From positions 11,609 to 75,608 of the forward strand of contig CAXFAI010000008.1 in the NCBI GenBank assembly GCA_964001305.1: a stretch of DNA of 64,000 nt. The letters run 5' to 3'. This DNA comes from an uncultured Flavobacteriales bacterium. Its GTDB lineage: Bacteria; Bacteroidota; Bacteroidia; Flavobacteriales_E; Vicingaceae. A program made the translations under genes and the position numbers. Below the pieces are notes generated by a model that had not been told where the DNA came from, did not search any database, and worked only from the letters and a program-made list of their open reading frames with translations. Of the stretch, positions 30,601 to 39,600 are shown piece after piece. Position 1 is the first letter of the stretch, and each line of letters starts with the position of its first letter.

Positions 30601-32001
30601 AAGAAGTTTATTTTGCAACGCTATTTAATGGATAATGCCATTTATGCTATTACCAGTTTGAAAACGGTTTCATTTAACTACAATGAAACCCAAGGGACAA
30701 TTCTTCCAAATTTTGGAAGAACAACTTCTGTACTTGGTATGGATGGTGGTTGGGATGCTCCCGGTTGGGGTTTTGTAGCTGGTGCTCAGGAACCAGGCGA
30801 TGATTACTTTTTTAAAGCGCTAGATAATGGTTGGCTTGTGGAAGATATTTTTGTAAGTGGTGACTTTTCTAAGACGTATAGTAAAACCATGAATATTAGG
30901 GCTACTATTAAACCCATTGATGGTCTACGAATTCAATTAGAAGCTACCCAGACAGAGTCAGAAAATGTAAGTCGTTATTTTTATTGGGACGATAGTGCTT
31001 CAACGCCGGCATATAATTATGACGCACCACCAATCGTAAGCGGAAATTACAGCATATCTTATTTAACTTTTAATACCGCATTTGAAAAGGACAAAGAGAA
31101 GACTTTTGAGAATGCTACTTTTAGTCAATTGTTAGCCAATCGTGCAGTCATTTCTCAACGTCTGGGAAGCCAAAATGTGAACTCGCTTCAAAGAGGGGAA
31201 TTTGCTGATGGCTACAGTGAAACTTCACAAGAAGTCTTGCTTTATTCATTCTTGTCAGCTTATTCAGACCAGAATGCGAATGCCATTACCATACGCAGTT
31301 TTACGGATATAATGCCCAAACCAAACTGGAATATAACTTATGATGGTTTATCCAGAATTCCATTCTTTAAAAAGTATTTTAAAAGTGTCACTTTAAATCA
31401 TCGTTATCGTTCAACCTTTAGTGTAGGTTCGTATACTCGAAATCCAAATTATGAAACTCAAAATGGCGACCCTTTCTCTAGGGACGTGAACAATAATTTT
31501 ATCTCTGATAAACAGCTAAGTACAGCAAGTATAATTGAGCAATTTAGTCCACTTATAAATGTGGATATGACATGGAATAACCGATTGATTACCAGGGTTG
31601 AAATGAGGCAAGACCGAAATGTGTCCTTGAGCTTTGCAAATAATCAAATCACTGAAGTGAAAGGGAAAGAGTACATTATTGGAGTGGGATACACCTTAAC
31701 CAATCTAAAGTTGCCATTTAAAGTAGGTAAAGTAGAACGCAGCAGTAACCTTGACTTGAGGGCAGATATTTCGCTTCGTGACAATAGAACCATTATAAGA
31801 AGAATTGTAGAAAATAGAAATGAGCTGACCGCAGGTCAGCGAATTTTCTCAATTAAGTTTACAGCTGATTATCGGTTTAGCAATAAGTTGAATTTGAGGC
31901 TGTTCTACGATCGAGTTGCAAATACTCCATTAATCTCATCTACCTTCCCAACAGCAAATACAAATGCTGGAATTAGTTTGAGGTTTACCCTTTCACAATA
32001 G
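24652..32001 (+). CDS. sprA: Type IX secretion system translocon SprA (Sov)
   Basis: 2449-aa ORF with a TTG start and a signal peptide. The giant beta-barrel-type sequence and ruvA-sprA synteny are typical of Flavobacteriia. Ends ...NAGISLRFTLSQ. Confidence 0.88.
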   Translation: MVNRNHHISRLWLFLILMGGLLSSASGKSNTWPDFDFNKVYNIQLPADSTEDDSNDVKLIYPFDDRSNEGLNENESPLFFGDPSNVEKEFEYDPESGEYNYYQKIGDRDFRRPTQMTLEEYLEYDMENSQRDFWRKKAAAETLNESQGFRPQLNIKGELFDRIFGGNTIDIRPQGSAELSFGVNISRRDNPILPERQRRTTNFDFNQKIQLNVIGNIGEKLRIQTSYNTEATFDFENQTKIEYTGYEDEIIQKIEAGNVSLPLQSSLITGSQTLFGIKTELQFGRLRVTSIFSQERGEKKEINITGGAQVQEFEKSASEYEENKHYFLSHLFRESYESNLANPPRITSRINITAVEVYITNTQGSFNNTRNILGFTDLGSDRRIYNPAVVNRTYQNTDGNRVADNNVNDLYANLSGGFSQAGQIRNFNNADQILQSEGLQSGSDYERLENAVLLSPNEYVLNPELGYISLNRTLNPQDVLAVAYRYTYNGKVYQVGDLSTDGIDGQEALYLKLLKGTIIDPTLPSWDLMMKNVYSLDAFNVSQENFQFEIWYLNESTGVEIPYFPEGKPEGKPLIQTLGLDRISVVNDPQADGLFDFIPNVTINPQNGRIYFPVLEPFGDYLKSRFDNQNLATKYAYDSLYTTTKILAQQDVDHNRFTFRGRYQSSSGSEISLNTFNIPQGSVTVTAGGAQLTENVDYTVDYNLGRVKILNDGILASGQPIKVSLGSNSLFNVQTKTLMGSRFDYRVSEDLNIGGTVLNLTERPLTRKINIGDEPISNTVVGIDGSYQTEAPFLTRAVDLLPFYSTKQKSTLTVTAEAAKLFPGNSRAITKNGIAYIDDFEGSQTVIDIRAANAWYLASTPQGQDDLFPEGNLNQELDYGFNRAKLAWYTIDPLFFRNDSRTPSHIQNSASQSNNFSREILETEVFPNKDPDPGLINNLPTLDLAFYPRERGPYNYETSGGDYSAGLNADGTLKEPRSRWGGIMREIQSSDFEASNVEFIQFWIMDPFNEQDGNPNHSGGDLYFNIGSISEDVLKDSRKSFENGFPVDGSNNNTDGTIWGRVPTVQSVVLAFDNNPSSREFQDIGLDGLSDAQEQEEFQDYLNELATVLNPAVLNEFAADPSEDNYHYYRGGDYDAQQLSILERYKMFNGHEGNSPTAEQSPESYPTAATTLPDQEDVNRNFNLDRTESYYQYKVRLSPEILQTTNVGNNYITDVVRATKNVNGKTKEVNWYQFRIPIRDPEKVIGNIRDFKSIRFMRMFLKDFDEDVIVRFARLGLVRGEWRAYDREEIPPGDTHGSEPGTTSFNIAAVNVEENANRVPINYTIPPDIEREIDFGTTNLRQLNEQSLVLDVCNLQDGYSKYAFRYLDLDIRQYQRLKMYAHAEAGQSGEVLNDGDVSIVLRLGTDFESNYYEYEVPLEVTLPGENSPEQVWPESNEINLEFDKLINAKQNRNRQFVNPGSGVSVSQVYEIEDGKNFIRVRGNPNLAEVRVVMIGVRNRRGGLNNDNDDGLPKCAEVWANELRLSDFNNKGGWAAQARVNAQLADLGTVNLSASMSTPGWGSLEQKLNERQRETNQQYDLSASLDLAKFLPKEANLSIPMYYSISENVIRPEFNPLDPDVKLNDVLRSNEFTDDYKDSIRKITDDYTRRRSLNFTNVKKVPGPNKGKSRIYDVENLSFSYAYTEIYQRDINTKYDKQETYRGGINYAYSAQPKHIEPFKNVEFFKKHKGWDWVKDFNFNPVPSQISVQSLFDRSYQERQARNITSSSTSSFVFESPPFYQKSFNWTRLYTLRHNFTKSLTFNFNASNRALIGEPDGKVDRDDKESYEAFKQEVWSNIQRFGDNTNYNHNFDLNYSLPLKKIPGLDFVNASARYSATYAWDLVGNPDADTSLGSTIRNSQTKGLQATLSMDILYNKFQYYKDLKNPQIDNRYIFKEEKEEEEEEKKGKKKEEKKGEDPKSLIVGEEIPDKRTEAIDEEPDTLKKKKFILQRYLMDNAIYAITSLKTVSFNYNETQGTILPNFGRTTSVLGMDGGWDAPGWGFVAGAQEPGDDYFFKALDNGWLVEDIFVSGDFSKTYSKTMNIRATIKPIDGLRIQLEATQTESENVSRYFYWDDSASTPAYNYDAPPIVSGNYSISYLTFNTAFEKDKEKTFENATFSQLLANRAVISQRLGSQNVNSLQRGEFADGYSETSQEVLLYSFLSAYSDQNANAITIRSFTDIMPKPNWNITYDGLSRIPFFKKYFKSVTLNHRYRSTFSVGSYTRNPNYETQNGDPFSRDVNNNFISDKQLSTASIIEQFSPLINVDMTWNNRLITRVEMRQDRNVSLSFANNQITEVKGKEYIIGVGYTLTNLKLPFKVGKVERSSNLDLRADISLRDNRTIIRRIVENRNELTAGQRIFSIKFTADYRFSNKLNLRLFYDRVANTPLISSTFPTANTNAGISLRFTLSQ

Positions 32002-32043
32002 TCACTTAAATGCTAATTTTAACCCAAAATAAATACACGAAAA

Positions 32044-32421
32044 ATGAATATTCCAGCTGATTTAAAATATACCAAAGACCATGAATGGGTAAAAATTGAT
32101 GGAGATGTTGCCACTGTAGGTATTACTGATTTTGCACAAGGAGAGCTAGGTGATGTTGTATATGTTGAAATAGAAACATTAGACGAAAGCTTAGCAGAGG
32201 GAGAGGTTTTTGGAACAGTTGAAGCAGTTAAAACTGTTTCTGATTTGTACATGCCATTAGATGGTGAAGTGATTGAAGTAAATGAGGGAATTGAATCAGA
32301 TCCTGAGGTAGTGAATAAAGACCCTTACGGTGAAGGTTGGATGATTAAGATAAAAATGTCTGATATTTCTCAAGTGGATAATTTGCTTTCAGCAGAATCG
32401 TATCAAGAAGAGATCGCTTAA
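32044..32421 (+). CDS. gcvH: Glycine cleavage system H protein
   Basis: 125 aa with lipoyl-lysine motif VEAVKTVSDLYMP. Confidence 0.95.
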   Translation: MNIPADLKYTKDHEWVKIDGDVATVGITDFAQGELGDVVYVEIETLDESLAEGEVFGTVEAVKTVSDLYMPLDGEVIEVNEGIESDPEVVNKDPYGEGWMIKIKMSDISQVDNLLSAESYQEEIA

Positions 32422-32520
32422 TTATTGAGGTTGGTGAAAAGACTTAACATACAATTGTTTTTAATCACCCCAATCTCACTTTAAAAATTATTATTTTAGC
32501 TTTCTAATTATTTTTAATTT

Positions 32521-33234
32521 ATGGAACTTAAGAAAAATCCTAAAGCAGACTTAGAAAATAAGCGTGGAGTTTTCTTCATGATAGGTCTAGTGCTTGTTAT
32601 GGCTGTAATATTGCTTGCTTTTGAGTGGAAAACTTATGAGCAAGGACCTAATAGCCTTGGAACATTGCAGGTTGATGAAATTGAAGAAGAAATGATTCCA
32701 ATTACACAACAACAAGCACCACCACCACCACCACCTCCTCCTCCGCCACCACAAGAAATATTAGAAATTGTGGAAGATGATAAGGAAATTGAGGATGAGG
32801 TAGAGATTCAAGACTCTGAAGCTGATATGGAAACTGAAATTTTTGAGCAACCAGAAGAAGTTATAGAAGAGGTTGAGATTTTTACTATTGTTGAAGATAT
32901 GCCTATGTTTCCCGGATGTGAAAAAGCTGGTTCTAAACAAGAAAGAGATCAGTGTACACAGAATGAAATCTATAAATACATCGCTCAGAACACCAAATAT
33001 CCACCTATGGCAAAAGACGCCGGAATAAGTGGTACTGTTTACATTAGATACCTAGTTAACGAAAAAGGAAAAGTAACAGATGTAGAAGTGTTAAGAGGAG
33101 TTTCTGGTGGTAAGTCACTAGATGATGAAGCGGTTAGGGTAATTAAATCATTACCTACCATGACACCAGGTAAGCAGAGAGGGAAGCCCGTGAGAGTACA
33201 ATATACAGTTCCCGTTCGCTTTAACTTGAGATAA
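32521..33234 (+). CDS. tonB: TonB-family energy transducer
   Basis: N-terminal anchor GVFFMIGLVLVMAVILLAFEW, a P11 spacer, an acidic region, and a C-terminal TonB_C pattern GTVYIRYLVNEKGKVTDVEVLRG...VRVQYTVPVRFNL. Confidence 0.88.
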   Translation: MELKKNPKADLENKRGVFFMIGLVLVMAVILLAFEWKTYEQGPNSLGTLQVDEIEEEMIPITQQQAPPPPPPPPPPPQEILEIVEDDKEIEDEVEIQDSEADMETEIFEQPEEVIEEVEIFTIVEDMPMFPGCEKAGSKQERDQCTQNEIYKYIAQNTKYPPMAKDAGISGTVYIRYLVNEKGKVTDVEVLRGVSGGKSLDDEAVRVIKSLPTMTPGKQRGKPVRVQYTVPVRFNLR

Positions 33235-33254
33235 GAAAGAAAATTCTATAGATT

Positions 33255-33282
33255 AAAAAAGGCCGCAATCGCGGCCTTTTTT
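33255..33282. terminator. Bidirectional intrinsic terminator
   Basis: A6, GGCCGC (33261-33266), AATC loop, GCGGCC (33271-33276), T6. Sits between convergent genes. Confidence 0.85.
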
Positions 33283-33284
33283 AT

Positions 33285-34139
33285 TTAGTTCATTTCTACA
33301 GTCTCAATGATTTCAAAGCTTAGATGTTTTTCTAAGATTTGATGGTAATCTTTGGTGGATGTAAATCCAAATCCACTTTCCATAAACTCATTAAAAAGAA
33401 GCGACCATTGTGAGTCTTTCGGGAATATAAATCCAAAGTATTCATCACTTATACTTGCTATTTTATGCATTTTGATAAAGTCATCATTTTCTTTCATGTA
33501 TTTCCAAAAAGTAATTACATCAGAATAGCCAAAGTACCTGCCACTAGTTGCTATTGTTTGAATACCTTCCATAGGTAGATTGGTTAACTTGGTCGACTCT
33601 CTTGTTGAACCGACTTGGTGTAGAAATTCCTTCATATATGTTTCATGAATGGAGTTTTTTACAATTACAGGATACATTTCACTAAAGGTCTTTTTAAGAT
33701 CTTCCTCTGTTAATGCGGTAGGAACAGTTCCTTGAGTAAGCAGTACGGATACATTTTTTAAGTAGGGTGCGGAATAAATGACTTGCTCTTTGCGCTTCTC
33801 GTTTATACTCACCGAACCCATTCCAATGGTATTCGCTGAACCATTTTGAACATTAAGTAAAAGCTTGTGAAAAGTTACTGGCTTTTGATAGTTTAACTTT
33901 ATTTCAAAATCTTTTTTTTCTTTTACCCATTCGGCAAAATACTCCAAGATATCAATTTCTATTCCTGTTAGCTTTCCATTGTTTTTATATGCAAATGGGC
34001 TGTTTTCAAAATAGAAAACATTTAAACTAACTTCATCTCCTGATTTTACTTCTTCAAGATGAACTTCTTCAGCTAGTTGAGCTTTACTCAGACTTATCAG
34101 TCCAAGGCAAAATAAGAAGGTAATGACCGTTTTTTTCAT
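33285..34139 (-). CDS. Periplasmic solute-binding protein, family-3-like (orphan)
   Basis: I prefer ATG 34139 (MKKTVITFLFCLGLISLSKAQ, signal peptide). FAYKNNGKLTGIEIDILEYFAEW...SAPYL resembles the SBP_bac_3 pattern. The longer track ORF collides with the divergent neighbour. Confidence 0.7.
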   Translation of the reverse strand: MKKTVITFLFCLGLISLSKAQLAEEVHLEEVKSGDEVSLNVFYFENSPFAYKNNGKLTGIEIDILEYFAEWVKEKKDFEIKLNYQKPVTFHKLLLNVQNGSANTIGMGSVSINEKRKEQVIYSAPYLKNVSVLLTQGTVPTALTEEDLKKTFSEMYPVIVKNSIHETYMKEFLHQVGSTRESTKLTNLPMEGIQTIATSGRYFGYSDVITFWKYMKENDDFIKMHKIASISDEYFGFIFPKDSQWSLLFNEFMESGFGFTSTKDYHQILEKHLSFEIIETVEMN

Positions 34140-34184
34140 AGTGTAATTTTTAGGCAAATTTAGCATAATATATAAGCTATGTAT

Positions 34185-34215
34185 TTTGTGAAGTATGGCC
34201 AAAAAGATATCTTTG
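34185..34215 (+). promoter_or_regulatory. Putative Bacteroidota sigma-A promoter (consensus-perfect)
   Basis: TTTG (34185-34188), exactly 19 nt, TATCTTTG (34208-34215). ATG 34231 lies 16 nt downstream. Confidence 0.5.
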
Positions 34216-34230
34216 AGTAAAACCATACCT

Positions 34231-35085
34231 ATGACAAATCGAATATTGACTCTTGTATTACTTGTTGTATTCTTGGCTTCTTGCAACCAAGAAAAAGTAG
34301 ATCAGTTAACTGAAGACAATAAAATAGCCGAAAATCAGATTCAAAGGCAGGATTCGGTTTTAAACGATATGTTAAAGTCTTTCAATGAGATTCAAAGTAA
34401 TTTAAGAGAGATTAGAGAGCGAGAAGGAATGATGCGCATGCGCTCTATTGATGGTGGGCAAGAAAGCACTGATATCAAACAATCAATTTCAGAAGATATT
34501 ACTGCAATCAGTAAATTAATGAGTCAAAACGAAGAAATGATCAATAATTTGAATGCTCGTTTAAAAGCATCAAATGTTCAACTTTCAGAATTTCAAAAAT
34601 TGATTAATAATTTGAATGGCCAAATAGATACAAAAAATCAAGAAATAGAGCGAGTTAAGAGTCTACTTTCAGATAGTGAACTAGAAGTAGGTAAATTGTA
34701 TTTTATGCTTGATTCTTTAAATTTTTCAAACCAGATGAAAGAGCGAAAAATAGAAGACCAAGAAGAAACAATAAACACGGCGTATTACGCTTATGGCACA
34801 TATAAAGAGTTAAAAGAAAAGAATGTTTTAACGAAAGAAGGTGGCTTGTTAGGTATTGGTGGAAAAGAAGATTTGAAAAATAATTTTAATAAGGAATACT
34901 TCAGTAAGATAGATATCCGGGAGCAGACTTCTTTTTTAATTTATGCGAAAAAGGCTGAATTAGTGACCAATCATCCAGATAACTCTTATGAGTTTAAAGG
35001 AAAAGACGGAGTGGATAGCTTGGTTATTTTAAATCCTGATGAATTCTGGAGAGCAAGCAAGTACTGTGTAATTGTTGTGGATTAG
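34231..35085 (+). CDS. Coiled-coil lipoprotein of unknown function
   Basis: The ATG at 34231 gives MTNRILTLVLLVVFLASCNQEK (lipobox). A heptad-like, Q/E/N/L-rich central region is followed by a globular C-terminus. Confidence 0.7.
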   Translation: MTNRILTLVLLVVFLASCNQEKVDQLTEDNKIAENQIQRQDSVLNDMLKSFNEIQSNLREIREREGMMRMRSIDGGQESTDIKQSISEDITAISKLMSQNEEMINNLNARLKASNVQLSEFQKLINNLNGQIDTKNQEIERVKSLLSDSELEVGKLYFMLDSLNFSNQMKERKIEDQEETINTAYYAYGTYKELKEKNVLTKEGGLLGIGGKEDLKNNFNKEYFSKIDIREQTSFLIYAKKAELVTNHPDNSYEFKGKDGVDSLVILNPDEFWRASKYCVIVVD

Positions 35086-35096
35086 AAGCAATATAA

Positions 35097-36284
35097 TTAG
35101 TCACTTAAGTGGCTAATTGCAATGAATGCAAGTAGTCCACTTCCCATTTTTAAGGCATTCTCATCAATGTCAAATTTAGGGTGGTGAACACTGTAAGTAA
35201 TTCCTTTCTTTTTGTTTCCAACACCTAAACGGTAAAAGCATACATCTGCATGTTGCGAGAAATAGGCAAAGTCTTCAGCTGTCATTCTAAGGTCTAAAGC
35301 ATGCACAAATTCTTCGCCTAAGTAGTTTTTCGCTACTTCTTGACTTTTAAGAGTTGTTGCTTCATCATTAACCAAAAACGGATAACCCTTCTGTATATCT
35401 ACGATACAACTACCGCCAAATGCTTCCGCAGTATGAGTAGCGATTTGAGTGATTTTTTCATGGAAGATAGCTCTCCATTCTTCATTCATGGTTCTCAAAG
35501 TTCCCTCAATAGTCACTTCATCGGGAATTACATTGGTAGCTCCTAAGCCTTCAATTTTACCAAACGAAAGAACAGTAGGTATTGTTGGGGGTGCAATTCT
35601 GCTTGCTATTTGTTGTAATTCAAGAATAAGGTTTGCGGCAATTACAATAGGGTCAATATTTTTATGGGGTAATGCGGCATGACCACCTTTACCTTTAACC
35701 TTAAGGTAAATTTCATCTGCAGAAGCCATATACATGCCCGGCTTAAAACCTACATGACCTACTTCAAATTCAGGATAAACATGTTGAGCAATTATTTTTT
35801 TGGGTTTGTACTTTTCAATAATCCCCTCTTTAATCATTAGTGAGGCTCCACCTGGCAATTTTTCTTCACCAGCTTGAAAGAAACAAACTACTTTGCCTTT
35901 CCATTGCCCTTTGCAAGTATGAAGTATTTTAATTACGCCCATTAAACAAGCTGCATGCACATCATGACCGCAGGCATGCATGATCCCATCGTTTTTCGAT
36001 TTGTAGTTTACTTCATTTTGTTCAAGTATTGGTAAGGCATCCAAGTCTGCTCTCAGTGCAATAGTTTCCCCGTCTTCATGACCGTTGATTACGACCGAAA
36101 AGCCAGTTTTTACCCAAGTGGCATCAATTTCAATACCCCAAGATTGAAGTTTATTTTTTAAATAATTGGAAGTTTCTACTTCTTTAAAAGAAAGTTCCGG
36201 GTGTTGGTGAAGATGCTCCCTAATTTCTTTAACCTCTAAAAAGAAATCTTCAGCTAATGAATGAATCTGTTCTTTTAAATCCAT
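35097..36284 (-). CDS. M20-family amidohydrolase (N-acyl-amino-acid amidohydrolase-like)
   Basis: HQHPELSFKE, ALRADLDALP, MHACGHDVH and GEEKLPGGA motifs. 395 aa. Confidence 0.9.
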   Translation of the reverse strand: MDLKEQIHSLAEDFFLEVKEIREHLHQHPELSFKEVETSNYLKNKLQSWGIEIDATWVKTGFSVVINGHEDGETIALRADLDALPILEQNEVNYKSKNDGIMHACGHDVHAACLMGVIKILHTCKGQWKGKVVCFFQAGEEKLPGGASLMIKEGIIEKYKPKKIIAQHVYPEFEVGHVGFKPGMYMASADEIYLKVKGKGGHAALPHKNIDPIVIAANLILELQQIASRIAPPTIPTVLSFGKIEGLGATNVIPDEVTIEGTLRTMNEEWRAIFHEKITQIATHTAEAFGGSCIVDIQKGYPFLVNDEATTLKSQEVAKNYLGEEFVHALDLRMTAEDFAYFSQHADVCFYRLGVGNKKKGITYSVHHPKFDIDENALKMGSGLLAFIAISHLSD

Positions 36285-36285
36285 C

Positions 36286-36675
36286 TTACTTTGAAAAGAA
36301 AATCATTTTAATAGCAGCAAAAAGCATTACAAATCCAAAAATCTTTTTCATCACATCTTCGCTGATGTAAGAGATTGAAATTTTAGAGCCAAAGTAGCCC
36401 CCAATGATAAACGCAGCAGCAATAACGATTGCAAATTTTAAATTTAAGTTGCCTTCTTTATAATAGTTCATAGCAGCTAAAATGCCAATAGGAGGTAGCA
36501 TAAGTGCAAGGCTTGTACCTTGAGCTCCATGTTGACTCATTCCTAAAAAGTACACTAAGGCAGGCACTATAATTATTCCACCACCAACACCAACCATGCC
36601 GCTTAAAACTCCGGCTAGTAGGCCAATGATAACTAATATAATTAATGTTGAAAAACTCATAAACTTATATATCAA
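36286..36675 (-). CDS. Half-size TSUP (TauE/SafE) family membrane protein
   Basis: 129 aa with about 4 TM helices. GVGGGIIIVPALVYFLG motif. Overlaps the upstream gene by 11 nt, or leaves a 4-nt gap if the Met at 36660 is used. Confidence 0.8.
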   Translation of the reverse strand: MIYKFMSFSTLIILVIIGLLAGVLSGMVGVGGGIIIVPALVYFLGMSQHGAQGTSLALMLPPIGILAAMNYYKEGNLNLKFAIVIAAAFIIGGYFGSKISISYISEDVMKKIFGFVMLFAAIKMIFFSK

Positions 36676-39600
36676 GACTTAAAGAAAACATAAATAAAGG
36701 TTTATCACTTACGTACCCATTTTCGATACCCCACCCCCAATCTGCTCTAACAAAGTAGCCCAAAAGAGTAGTTCTTAGACCAAAGCCAACTCCACCAACT
36801 ATTGGGTCGTTTATGTTTTCGTAGGTTACTGTAATTGGCCCTTGTGTTCTACTTTCGTTATTAATTGGGTTATCATCTGCAAAAGGAGAGTCACCAACCC
36901 AAGCTGTACCTACATCGCCAAAACCAACGATTTGAAAGTTTCTAATTAAGTCAGATTGAATGGGTCTTTTGATAAAGTAAGTAAATACTGGAAATCGAAT
37001 CTCTGTATTTATAACAGCAAAGTTATTTCCGTTTCTTACATTTTGTAAAAAGCCTCTCATATTGGCCGCTAATGCTTGGAAACCATAATTCTGACTAAAA
37101 TCTATTGGGGTGCTTTCATCATAAATATCAGATTTCCACCATTCATCTACACCTCCTAAATAATAGATTAATGGGTTGTTTCCGAGAGACTTACTTCCTG
37201 CAAAGCGAAATACACCGATTAGTTCTCGATGAATTTTTTGATAATGTCTAAAATCAAAACCAAGAACGGTTAAGTTTTGATTCTTTTCAGCGTTTTCAAC
37301 TTCAGTATAAGCCAATTGATACTGTTCCGCAAATATCTTGTACCTTGTTCCGTATCGAATATTTAAAGCGATATCTCTCGTGTTGTCAAACACATAAGCC
37401 ACTTTTGTAGAAGCCCAATATTCATTGCTAATGTCTCTTTGTAAATTAAAACGGTCGCTTGAAAGAGGGATTAATTTATCGTTTCTGGCTTGAACCACTC
37501 CACGAATACTGCTTACCTCATTAAAAGGCCAGATGAGACTTACAGATGCTTGTAGCGTTTTGGTATCAAAAGGAAAGGGCGTATCTGTTGTTCTAAGTCT
37601 TCTTCTGCTAAAAGAGTATTCTTTGTCTAACCGCTTTTCAAGGTTTTGATAATTTAAACCATATTCAATTAAATCTCCACTATACCTAAAAGATCCATAC
37701 ACCTTGTGGTTTTCCATAAGATCAACAATGCCAATATTGGTATTTACACCAACTCCAGGATTGGTATAAGGCCCACCATTAAAAACTTGATATTGGCTCG
37801 TTAAAAACATATTGTTTAATTGCAATACAGAATTATCAGGACTAAAATTCAACCGATATAATCGCTGAGTTGGAAATTTAAGTTCTTCAACTTCTGGCTC
37901 TTCAGTATTTGAAACAATAGTTTTTCTTGCTAAACCTTCCTCAAATGAAAAGGTATATTCATCAGGGTCTACTTCAGCATTTGATGGTAAAGCTTTTTCA
38001 AATGATTTAAACCGCACAATCTTTTCTTCTTCTTTAAAAGAAGGGTCTATACGATTATCTTCTAGATTGTCTTCACTAGCCGTAAAATCAAATTGATTTG
38101 CACTTTGTTGCAATTGAAATTTCCCATCTGAATATATAATTTGATTTATATTCTCCGTATTAGATGAAGCTTGTTTTAGTATGTTATTTGAGTTGTTATT
38201 TGAAAAATGTTCATAGTAGTACTTGTAATTGATTGTTGTATCAATACTGCTTATGCTACTATCATAAAGTGTATAGTATCGTTCGTTAAAACCATCCTTG
38301 TTTTTTAAATAGTATAGCTTATCTGAATAAACAGCCTGTGATTCATTTTCAAATGGTGAATTTGTCACTTCTCGAATAGCTTCTTCTTCATTAAAACGAT
38401 ATTCAAAAATGTCCTTTTCATGATTAAACCGATCATAGGTCGGGTTTTCAATTCCTAGACTATCATTGTTTCTGTCTGAACTAAAATAGATAGAACTCCC
38501 ATCTGGGCTAAAAGCAGGATATAAATCGGAATATACATCACTGGTTAGATTTTTCTGTGTGTTTCCGAGCATGTTGTATAGGTACAAATCAGATTGACCC
38601 TTTGAAATAGCAGAAAAAACCAACTCTTTTCCATTTGGGGAGTAATCAAAACTCAATACTTTTTCTAGTTTTAAAATAGGTTTAACAGCTAGTTTCTTTT
38701 CTTTGATTTGATAGGTGAAGAGTAGCACATCTCCTTTTGATTCTGTTATAAAGTTGATCATTTCCCCACTTGGGTGAAAACCTATAAGTGGATAACTATA
38801 ATCTTGAATTCGATCAAGTTTGTGTTCCGCTTTGTAAATCAGTTTTCGATTATCTTCCGATTTGTTGTATAGATAAATACGGTACTTGCCTAGTTGGTTT
38901 TCAGTATATAAGTGGTATTGTTGGTTTGGGCTTTCAATATAATTTTGATATAGTCTTCTCTTTTTTACTTTAAAGTCAGCATTAGTTATTGCTTCTAATT
39001 GGGTAGAGTTTTTGTCCTCATATTTTTCTTGGTAGTACGAAAGCCAGTCTTCATAAAGTTCATCAAAAGGGACTCCAATTACATACAGAAATCCGTCCTC
39101 TACCTCACGACTAACTCTAGTCATATATAAAATATTTGAAATTACCTTCTTACCATAAACCTCAGAAATGTATTGCCAAATAGCATGTCCGGCAATTTTA
39201 GCTTCCTCATTACTAAGGGTGTTAAACTTTTTAAAGTCTTCATTTAAAATGCCATCTTTAATCCGGCTATTTAGGTAAGGATCATCAGGGTACGATAGGT
39301 AAGATATTAAACCTTCGATATACCACTCAGGAAGTGAAAGCAAGGCTGAGTTCCTTAATACTTCTCGCCAATTACCCCCAAAAATCATTTGGTAAATGAG
39401 TACTCTTTGAATACCAGCATCAATCTGTTTTTCAAGTTTTTCGTAATCTCCTTCAAAGTAGATAAACACTTTAGAGCCAACAATTCGGCTTAGCCCACCA
39501 ATGTTGTAATTAGGATTGGTATTTAAGCCAATATTGCTTTGTCTGAAATGAGATTGTTTGTTGTAAATAATAAACTGAATGCGATCTTCTAAATAAAAGT

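Noticed and set aside
32719-32751. A run of 11 proline codons (CCA/CCT/CCG) in tonB, considered as a phase-variable simple repeat.
   Set aside because: It is in frame, with triplet periodicity and mixed codons. Pro-rich spacers are a normal TonB feature.
34140-34286. A 49-codon extension of the solute-binding protein ORF, and the first 12 codons of ORF 34195.
   Set aside because: The two extensions overlap each other on opposite strands. Internal ATGs at 34139 and 34231 immediately precede clean signal peptides, and a consensus promoter sits at 34185-34215.
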